From a virus, in the IMG/VR virus record IMGVR_UViG_3300017971_000185, positions 288,694 through 320,693 of that record: a DNA stretch of 32,000 nucleotides, one strand, 5' to 3'. Each line of letters begins with the position of its first letter. Within the stretch, counting starts at the first letter, position 1. A program made the translations under genes and the position numbers. This document shows positions 6,652-13,343 of this stretch, one piece after another. The notes below the pieces were generated by a model. That model saw only the letters and a program-made list of their open reading frames with translations. It searched no databases and was not told the DNA's origin.

Positions 6652-7056
6652 CGGCTTGGGGTTCAGGGTGTACTGCGTGACAGCTTCGGAACACGGCTTG
6701 AGAGCTTCGTGGATCTTCACCATGTCTGCATTGGCGGCGTAGCCGGTGATTATCCCTGACGACGGGTATGGGTTGGCTTTCTGGTAGGACGCATCGGCTT
6801 GAGCGGCCACGGAGGCGTATTTGGCCTGAAGAGTCGTGGATATGCGGCCTTGTTCCTTCGTTATTGTTTCGGGGTGTGCTTTGCACCTCTGGCTCCATTC
6901 CTTGATCTCCTGGACCACGGGTGCGGTGGCTGTGGTTATGGCTTCAACCAGTCCTTTCTCCCAGTCCGTGACGGACGATTTATCTGGCGTCGTGGTACCA
7001 AACAAATTGCATCCAAGACAGGCCAGGATAAAGAAAGCAAACACCTTGAGCGTCAT
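6643..7056 (-). CDS. secreted protein or probable lipoprotein (137 aa)
   Basis: ORF track 6643..7104. ATG at 7056 lies 6 nt after GAGGAGG. Signal-peptide-like MTLKVFAFFILACLGCNLFG with Cys candidates for a lipobox. Confidence 0.7.
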   Translation of the reverse strand: MTLKVFAFFILACLGCNLFGTTTPDKSSVTDWEKGLVEAITTATAPVVQEIKEWSQRCKAHPETITKEQGRISTTLQAKYASVAAQADASYQKANPYPSSGIITGYAANADMVKIHEALKPCSEAVTQYTLNPKPCV

Positions 7057-7276
7057 CGGTTTCCTCCTCGTGGACGACATTGTCAGGATCGCGCTGTCAG
7101 GCATGGGGGGTCAATGTTTTTCTGGCAGGGCGAGATCGCCCTTGTGGCGCCGTGAAACGCAGATTTGTGGGGCTTTGTATACTTTCGTCGGATTCCCGCG
7201 TAGAGGGGTTGGAACCGAATGGAGATTTCTTCCACTAGGAGAGCACGCATGTACGTGATTTAAAGGAGCAGAGACA

Positions 7277-7405
7277 ATGGCGATGGGTTGGGATGTCGTT
7301 TTGGTGGTCACGTTGGTCGTGAAGGTGCTCGAAACGTTCCCCGAAGTGTTTGGAGAGCCCGGCGAAGTGCTCGATTCGCTCTACGAGGGCCTCGGAAGAA
7401 AATAG
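7277..7405 (+). CDS. small hydrophobic peptide (42 aa)
   Basis: Below the ORF-track cutoff. AAGGAG (7263-7268) lies 8 nt before ATG 7277. MAMGWDVVLVVTLVVKVLETFPEVFGEPGEVLDSLYEGLGRK. Confidence 0.4.
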   Translation: MAMGWDVVLVVTLVVKVLETFPEVFGEPGEVLDSLYEGLGRK

Positions 7406-7412
7406 AGACCTG

Positions 7413-7609
7413 ATGCTGACCGTACAAGACGAAATGATCACTCCTGAGCAGGCTAAGCTGCTTTTGGGTTCTCACAACCGATCGCGGCAGACGGGACGTT
7501 GATCGACGGGGCGTGTCGTTTGAAGGCAGTGGTTAGACTTGGGTGTCCGGTCTCCTTTAGCGTTGTACGCGGTATGAGCCTGGAGCCGTTTACGGCGAAT
7601 GAAGCCTAA
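7413..7609 (+). pseudogene. decayed ParB-like nuclease-domain gene remnant
   Basis: Frame 1 reads MLTVQDEMITPEQAKLLLGSHNRSRQTGR*. A different frame reads DGTLIDGACRLKAVVRLGCPVSFSVVRGM.... Together they mirror ITLTRAKGLLSLNYEGQRNLRP...NLINGQHRLAAIVKTGITAKIDITYGV of the intact gene at 31099, but with an internal deletion, a frameshift, and DGACR in place of NGQHR. Confidence 0.45.
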
Positions 7610-8010
7610 TGATGAGCATGGAGCAGCGTCACGCACTGGATTTCCAGTTTCGGTGCCGGGTCGACCAACTTAGGAGACGAATCATGCTGACAGCAGGCGA
7701 TTTGGAAAAAATCAGAAGAGGGCAAGTCGAGGAGCCGTTCTTCGATGCGTTCTTTCGTCCCGTGCTTGCAGAAGTGCTCGATCGAGTCGAGCTAACGGGC
7801 TGTACAAAGGTCGAGTTGGAAACGGATCTCAGGACGGCGCTTGCACTTCGTGTCGATCTGCCCCAGATGGAAGGGCTCATGAGGGCTTTCATCCAGCCGG
7901 TGGTCGAAACAGCGCTCGAAAAGGGGTCCAAGAAGGGTCTCTTCAAGCTCAAGGGACGCCAAAATTTCGACAATTGGACTGCTTCGATGAAAGCAGACCT
8001 AGATCCGTAA
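7609..8010 (+). CDS. hypothetical protein (133 aa)
   Basis: ORF track. The ATG overlaps the TAA of the remnant frame (TAATG). Confidence 0.6.
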   Translation: MMSMEQRHALDFQFRCRVDQLRRRIMLTAGDLEKIRRGQVEEPFFDAFFRPVLAEVLDRVELTGCTKVELETDLRTALALRVDLPQMEGLMRAFIQPVVETALEKGSKKGLFKLKGRQNFDNWTASMKADLDP

Positions 8011-8055
8011 ACTCTCGCTTGGATCTCGCGTAGGAGAGGTAGAGGAGCGTGCGTA

Positions 8056-8595
8056 TTGAGTTTCACGTGGTCTAGACCGGTCGAGAACCCCTACGGGCTC
8101 CAGGTCCGCACGTCCAAGTGCGGTCGTGCGAAGATCGCGCGTCTTTCCAAGCCCGGATGGTCGTGGAACGAGTACCTACCGCTGCTCGACGGGGTGTTTC
8201 TGCCCAAGTACTACCGGCTCAAGGACGCCAAGGCAGCCTTGGAGGCCGCTGAGACGGGCCAGGAGCTTCCAGAAGCCGTTGCACCGAAGTGGATGCACGA
8301 GTACGAGGTCACGGAGACAAAGACTCAGAGCGAGGCTGAGGCGTCCTACAAGCGTGCGACGGAGTGGTTCCGGTCCAAGGTGCGGGCAGGGCGCCATGCG
8401 GCTAACCAGGGCGCCGACAAGGCGCAGAATCCCTACGAGGTTCTGGGGCTCGATGAGACAGCCTCGCTCGATGACTGCAAGGAGGCCGCCCGAAACCTCA
8501 TCTTGCTCTACCATCCCGACAGGGAGACCGGAGACAGGGACAAATTCGAGGCAGTGAAGGCAGCGATCGATGAGATCAAGGAGCTAGCATCGTGA
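8056..8595 (+). CDS. J-domain (DnaJ-like co-chaperone) protein, J domain C-terminal (179 aa)
   Basis: NPYEVLGLDETASLDDCKEAARNLILLYHPDRETGDRDKFEAVKAAIDEI matches the J-domain pattern, including HPD. TTG start lies 9 nt after GAGGAG. Confidence 0.8.
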   Translation: MSFTWSRPVENPYGLQVRTSKCGRAKIARLSKPGWSWNEYLPLLDGVFLPKYYRLKDAKAALEAAETGQELPEAVAPKWMHEYEVTETKTQSEAEASYKRATEWFRSKVRAGRHAANQGADKAQNPYEVLGLDETASLDDCKEAARNLILLYHPDRETGDRDKFEAVKAAIDEIKELAS

Positions 8596-8915
8596 AGATT
8601 GTGGAGACAACCTTCGGCAAGTTGAAACGAGGCGATCGTTTTGCCTTGGGGCCAGGAGCATTTCTGGAGCCTACGGACCACTTGATGAACATCAAGGTCG
8701 ATCCGGCGTTACTCTGCGGCGAGGACCAACCGTTGCCTTTCAACGTCATTTGTTTGGGAGACGGGCGTGTTCGTACCTTCCGCGATGAAGAGAAAGTGCT
8801 GGTGAAGCGCACTGAAGCGCGAACCGACGCGGCCGAAGCGCGAGCGGAGGAGGCGGACTCTACCATCGATTGCGACGCTCTCACCGACACCCCCGAGCCA
8901 GAGGAGAAGCCATGA
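8592..8915 (+). CDS. hypothetical protein (107 aa) ending with an RTDAAEARAEE unit
   Basis: GTG start in a GTGA overlap with the upstream stop. Protein-like. Confidence 0.6.
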   Translation: MKIVETTFGKLKRGDRFALGPGAFLEPTDHLMNIKVDPALLCGEDQPLPFNVICLGDGRVRTFRDEEKVLVKRTEARTDAAEARAEEADSTIDCDALTDTPEPEEKP

Positions 8916-9892
8916 CCGTCACGAGATACACCTGCGACCCGATGCCAAACTCAGGCGATGTGATGGTCGAGGACCCCTTGGGGGAGTACGTGCTCGCATC
9001 TGACTACGACGCAGCCGAAGCGCGAGCGGAGCAGCAAGAGTCTGTTGCGCGCAAGGCAATAGGTTTCTCCGGGCTGTGCATGGAGATGGCTGACATTGAG
9101 GAGAGGCGAACCGACGCAGCCGAAGCACGAGCAGGGGAGAAGGTGCGGACGCTCAAGGCCAAGCTCGTCGCAGCCGAAGCGCGGGCGGGGCGATGGGAAG
9201 AGAAGGCCAGAAACTACAAGGCAAGTCTAGTAGCCCGCAGCACAATTCTCAGCGACACGGAAGCCGACCGCGACCGCCTAGCCGAAGCGCTGCGGGAGTT
9301 GCGAGAAACACTACGCAATCCGGGCTTGACCGAAAGGGCGAAGATGGAGAAGGCGCTCGCCGCCCTTGTCAACATCTCCGGGACGGATTCGATGACTCAA
9401 GGGAACGAGGCCGAAGCGCGAGCGGAGGAGGCAACGCGAATAGGCTACGCGCTGAGTGCAGAGGTTGCCGACCTGACTGACCGCACCGACCGACTAGCCA
9501 AAGCGGCCACACACGCGCGCGACCTGTTGGGAGGGATCGCGAAGCAATTGTCACCCGACGCCAAGACGGCACTTCGTGCGATCGTCAACTTCAGCAAGGT
9601 CACGCATCAGAATATCGATGAGCTACGCGAAGCAGGTTTGGTGGAGCGTAGGTACGGGGGAACGTATGGTGCGAACGACCTGGGCTGGGTAGTCGAGTCT
9701 CATCTGGCGGACGACAGCATTCTCAGTCGAGAGAAGCTGCGCAAAGGCAAGTACACGAGGGGCTGGGCCAGTCTCACGGAGGACCAAATGACGGCCTTGC
9801 TCTGGTTGCTCGGAGAATGGTCTATTCGGGGCGGCCACGGACCACCTCTCTCGCTATTGGAGGTTTACGCACTCATGCAGTGCGCCCCATGA
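8912..9892 (+). CDS. coiled-coil-like protein with four AEARA(E/G) units (326 aa)
   Basis: ORF track 8870..9892. ATG at 8912 is in an ATGA overlap. Repeats are DAAEARAEQ, TDAAEARAGE, VAAEARAGR and NEAEARAEE. Confidence 0.65.
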   Translation: MTVTRYTCDPMPNSGDVMVEDPLGEYVLASDYDAAEARAEQQESVARKAIGFSGLCMEMADIEERRTDAAEARAGEKVRTLKAKLVAAEARAGRWEEKARNYKASLVARSTILSDTEADRDRLAEALRELRETLRNPGLTERAKMEKALAALVNISGTDSMTQGNEAEARAEEATRIGYALSAEVADLTDRTDRLAKAATHARDLLGGIAKQLSPDAKTALRAIVNFSKVTHQNIDELREAGLVERRYGGTYGANDLGWVVESHLADDSILSREKLRKGKYTRGWASLTEDQMTALLWLLGEWSIRGGHGPPLSLLEVYALMQCAP

Positions 9893-10158
9893 ATCTTGAA
9901 GCGCAACAAGAACGCATAGCCGAGCTAGAGGCGGAATTCGGGTTCACGCACGATGAGGCCCTACTCGAGACCGAGCTATGCTGCAACGACTACAGCCTGG
10001 AGCAGCTACGCAAAATCAAACGTGCTTTCGTGGGCTTGAAGTCGTACCTGAAGCGTAGGATTTCGTCTACGGTCACCCACACGCCAGGGCCGCTCGCGGA
10101 GAGCTACTACGTTGCGGGCACGCCCTGGAGGGCACGCCATGAGGGGCACGATGACTGA
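9889..10158 (+). CDS. hypothetical protein (89 aa)
   Basis: ORF track 9817..10158. ATG at 9889 is in an ATGA overlap with the upstream stop. Confidence 0.55.
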   Translation: MNLEAQQERIAELEAEFGFTHDEALLETELCCNDYSLEQLRKIKRAFVGLKSYLKRRISSTVTHTPGPLAESYYVAGTPWRARHEGHDD

Positions 10159-10237
10159 CGTGCTCATGGCGTTCGGGTTGACCGTGTGGGTTGGCTTCAT
10201 GGTCGTGCTTGCGTACCACACGATCCGCACGTGGTGA
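10151..10237 (+). CDS. possible 28-aa single-TM peptide
   Basis: ATG at 10151 overlaps the upstream stop. MTDVLMAFGLTVWVGFMVVLAYHTIRTW. Too short to be sure. Confidence 0.3.
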   Translation: MTDVLMAFGLTVWVGFMVVLAYHTIRTW

Positions 10238-10248
10238 TCGTCGTGGTC

Positions 10249-10274
10249 AGCTATGCGCGGACCGACGCATAGCT
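10249..10274. repeat. perfect 9-bp inverted repeat (agctatgcg N8 cgcatagct)
   Basis: Seen directly. Lies 4 nt upstream of 74-bp repeat copy 2. No T-run follows. Confidence 0.9.
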
Positions 10275-10278
10275 CGAT

Positions 10279-10352
10279 CGATCGTCATCGTGATCGTTGC
10301 GATCTGAGCGTTCGTGATGTTCCGTTAGTTTCGATGCAACCATCTATACGCA
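10279..10352. repeat. 74-bp perfect direct repeat, copy 2
   Basis: Identical to 6578-6651, same orientation. Confidence 0.95.
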
Positions 10353-10836
10353 ATGTCGATTCATCTATTGCAATTGTGTGACGCGAGTCGGTCGCAATCG
10401 TGATAGGTGCGCACGAAGTTGGTTTCGAGTCGATCGTCAAAACCGTTTAAAAAAGTCATCGGGGTGGGGCCCAAGGGCTTAAATTCCGAATCCGACCGAC
10501 ACCCAAAATCTCAAAGTGAACTTCCGGGAGCAGATCCCTAACTTCTTGAAATCATTGGGTTTTCTCCACAGGGCCCGTCTCTCTCCTCACGAAACCTGTT
10601 TCGATGGAGAGCGCGGGAGTCCCTGGGGCAGCTATTCTGTTAGTGCTTCGCACGAAAGGGTGTTTTCAAAGGGCCTCTGCGGGCAGTTTGTGCTACTCGT
10701 GCATCAAAAGGCCCCTGCGGGGCGGTTTCGTGCATATCTACCCTCATCAAAACGACCATCGACCTGTCACGGCTCTCCTCTGGGCGCTTTTCCCGCACTA
10801 GCTGGCCTATGGGGTCGGTGAGGGTAGGAGCGAGAG

Positions 10837-11478
10837 ATGGTCGACCCACGACAAGTCGAGGAGTGGAACAAGACGCTCGACAAGCGGATGGCCGACGCGA
10901 AGAGGATGTATGCGCATCTGCTGGAGCGGGGTGAGATTCCGGTTCAAGTGCGCAAGGGCGCGCCCGGTGGCAAGCCGGGCAAGAAGTTTACGATCAAGAT
11001 GCGGACGGGGATGGGGGCCAAGGGGTTCGGGGTGATCGAGCCGGGGAGGAAGAGGCCGGTGGAGGGGTACAAGATGCTGGGCAGGGACCGGATGCTCGAT
11101 TGGCTGTCTGGTCTGGAGCCGCAGCGAGGAACGAGAGTTGGAGCCATGGACGAGCTACGCAAGCAGGTCTTCAAGGTAGCGTATGAGAATCCTGGCGAAG
11201 TGAGGGAGGCCCTCTTGCCGCTGCTGAGGGAGGAAGGCGAGCCGATGGCGAAGCCGGGCACAGATTCCAAAAAAGCCGCTCAAGCATCTCACAAGGCGCT
11301 CATGGCGGCTTACGACTTGCTCACTGACGTGAAGGCGGAGATTCAAGTACTGCTCAATCCCCACGCGGGTGTAGATGACAAGACGAAGCAGCAGGCCAAG
11401 AAGGTGTTTGATTCAGTCAAGAAGATCGAATTGGCGATGAACACCACCCACACCCATCTAGGCAAGATGATTCGGTAG
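10837..11478 (+). CDS. LRK-NPG-LLPLL module family protein with the module internal (213 aa; alternative start 11146)
   Basis: ATG at 10837 follows AGGAG (10826-10830). MDELRKQVFKVAYENPGEVREALLPLL begins at residue 104. Confidence 0.65.
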   Translation: MVDPRQVEEWNKTLDKRMADAKRMYAHLLERGEIPVQVRKGAPGGKPGKKFTIKMRTGMGAKGFGVIEPGRKRPVEGYKMLGRDRMLDWLSGLEPQRGTRVGAMDELRKQVFKVAYENPGEVREALLPLLREEGEPMAKPGTDSKKAAQASHKALMAAYDLLTDVKAEIQVLLNPHAGVDDKTKQQAKKVFDSVKKIELAMNTTHTHLGKMIR

Positions 11479-11668
11479 GCACTGCGGGGGCGGAAGCCAC
11501 GAAGGCGATGAACAGAGACCTGACAGGATTTTTGAACGGGCCGCCAAGCCAGGTGCTCTGCGGCATCTGGCTTTCCGCCTTGACCAGACCGGAAGTCCAG
11601 GCTTGGACAGGCCGATCGAAAGATGGGGCCGCCGCGGTGCGGGTAATGCCGAAAGGCCGGAGTGAGAG

Positions 11669-12166
11669 ATGAACGATCTACGCAAGCAAGTCATCAAGGT
11701 CGCGTACGATAATCCTGGAGAGGTACGGGACGCATTGCTGCCGTTGTTGTTGAAGATTCGAGTTACGCCCGACAGCACTCTGGTGCGGAAGGCAGTCGGA
11801 GACCCGACTTCATCACGAACCTCGCCTGGACCGTGGCCGGAGTTGACGAATGACGACAGGAAGGTGCTCGGGGAAATTGCGTGGAAGTACAACAAGATCC
11901 TTGAGAGGCTCTCGGGTCAACTGTATGGCGAGTTACGGAAGCTGGCGGGTCAAGCAGAGAGACATCGGCGGGCGGTCTTGCAGCAGGCCAGACAATCAGA
12001 GGACCCGGTCACACAGCGGAAGATGAAGAGCTTGGCTGATGTGCTCAGGGACGTGGTCAAGCAGGCTACGGCTTTTGCACACAAGGATACGCTATGGAGG
12101 GATTTGAGCCAGGTAGGTCAAGCGGATTACGAAGCCAGGTGGATGCTCGATCCGTTCCACACGTGA
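11669..12166 (+). CDS. LRK-NPG-LLPLL N-terminal-module family protein (165 aa)
   Basis: MNDLRKQVIKVAYDNPGEVRDALLPLL at the N-terminus. An in-frame TGA lies 2 codons upstream. Confidence 0.7.
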   Translation: MNDLRKQVIKVAYDNPGEVRDALLPLLLKIRVTPDSTLVRKAVGDPTSSRTSPGPWPELTNDDRKVLGEIAWKYNKILERLSGQLYGELRKLAGQAERHRRAVLQQARQSEDPVTQRKMKSLADVLRDVVKQATAFAHKDTLWRDLSQVGQADYEARWMLDPFHT

Positions 12167-12173
12167 GGTAACC

Positions 12174-12515
12174 ATGTCCAATCTACGCAAGGAAGTCATC
12201 AAGCTGGCTCACGAAGCCGGGCCGGGAGAGCTACGGGACAAGCTGATGCCTCTCATCAAGGAGGGCATCTCGGATGAGGAGGCCCAGTCGGGCGCGATTC
12301 AGAAGCGCATGGCAACGGCTCACGCGATGTGTTGGGTGCTCCACAGCGTCCTTCAGGACATGCTGCCGCTCGGGGAGCACATTCCGAGGCAGTCAACACT
12401 CAAGCTCCAGAACGATGCTGTCAGGATGGGGAAGGTGTTGTGGGAGAAGATGGACTCGCAGGGGCGGAGTTGGGCCAAGCGCTATCGGGGCAAGATCGAG
12501 TCGGCGTTGCGGTAG
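12174..12515 (+). CDS. LRK-NPG-LLPLL N-terminal-module family protein (113 aa)
   Basis: MSNLRKEVIKLAHEAGPGELRDKLMPLI at the N-terminus. Lies 7 nt after the previous stop. Confidence 0.7.
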   Translation: MSNLRKEVIKLAHEAGPGELRDKLMPLIKEGISDEEAQSGAIQKRMATAHAMCWVLHSVLQDMLPLGEHIPRQSTLKLQNDAVRMGKVLWEKMDSQGRSWAKRYRGKIESALR

Positions 12516-12550
12516 CATGGGCGCGCCCGATCGTTCCGCGCTGAGCGTAG

Positions 12551-13021
12551 CTACTGGTCCTTAGCCCACTGAATCAGCGCTTCGTGGGCGGCCTTGTCCC
12601 ACTTGATGATGATGTTGATGACCGGTTCCATGAAAAGGGTGATCGTGCCTTCTTCAACTTGAGGCGAGTACAAGATCTCCAGGGTGCCTTCGCCCTCGAC
12701 TCCCTTGGTTTCGATGAGGGTATAGATCGGGACGCGTCGGAGGAAGATGAGGTCTGGGGCCAAGCTGGCTCCGCACTTGGGGCAGAACGTGAAGGACCTA
12801 TCGTTGACGACGTACTGGCAGCCTGGTTTGTGGGGGTTGTCGTTACCGTCTGCATCTTTGCCTTGGTCGAGAAGCTCTCCTGCGCGTTGCAGTCTTCGTT
12901 CTCGTATCTGGGCATCGATCGCTTCATCAGACGGGTTGTAACAGCAAGCGCCTTGCCGCAGTGCTCTTCCGAGCAGGGCGGCACGGGCGTCTTCTCTTTC
13001 CTGTTTGGATGGCTCTGTCAT
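12551..13021 (-). CDS. hypothetical protein with CPKC zinc-ribbon half-site (156 aa)
   Basis: The ORF track gives 271 aa (12551..13366), but its N-terminal part is R-rich shadow. ATG at 13021 (MTEPSKQ...) is in an ATGA overlap with the upstream stop. Confidence 0.65.
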   Translation of the reverse strand: MTEPSKQEREDARAALLGRALRQGACCYNPSDEAIDAQIRERRLQRAGELLDQGKDADGNDNPHKPGCQYVVNDRSFTFCPKCGASLAPDLIFLRRVPIYTLIETKGVEGEGTLEILYSPQVEEGTITLFMEPVINIIIKWDKAAHEALIQWAKDQ

Positions 13022-13341
13022 TTTTTCGTTCCCTCGAAAGAAGCATCGTCCAGGTAGGCTGCGTGTTTTGATCTGCCTCGTAGTCCGTTTTGCTCTCTCC
13101 GGTTGCCGATTTGCTCGATGCATTCGTCGGCTGCTTCTTTGAACGTGTCGCCGATTGCGTGTGCGTAACCAGGCCAGTTGTGTGGCGAACGAACGGAGAA
13201 CGCCCACGTCTCTAGGGGTTCTTCGCTGCCGATGGAAAACTCCAGCTTCACGTAGTCGACGGGGACATTCCATGCGTCGGCGACGCGCTTGCACTCGTCG
13301 CACATCCGCCGTTTCATTGTTGACCACTTGAGGTCTGGCAT
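13018..13341 (-). CDS. hypothetical protein (107 aa)
   Basis: ORF track. Protein-like (MPDLKWSTMKRRMCDECKRVADAWNVPVDYVKLEF...). Confidence 0.65.
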   Translation of the reverse strand: MPDLKWSTMKRRMCDECKRVADAWNVPVDYVKLEFSIGSEEPLETWAFSVRSPHNWPGYAHAIGDTFKEAADECIEQIGNRREQNGLRGRSKHAAYLDDASFEGTKK

Positions 13342-13343
13342 GG

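Noticed and set aside
6578-10352. CRISPR array or MITE interpretation of the 74-bp repeat
   Set aside because: There are only two copies, 3.6 kb apart. They have no regular spacing and no terminal inverted repeats, and no cas or transposase genes are present.
10516-10849. ORFs 10516..10821, 10604..10801 and 10640..10849 in the long intergenic region
   Set aside because: There are three mutually overlapping frames, none with an RBS or protein-like composition. I treat the region as non-coding.
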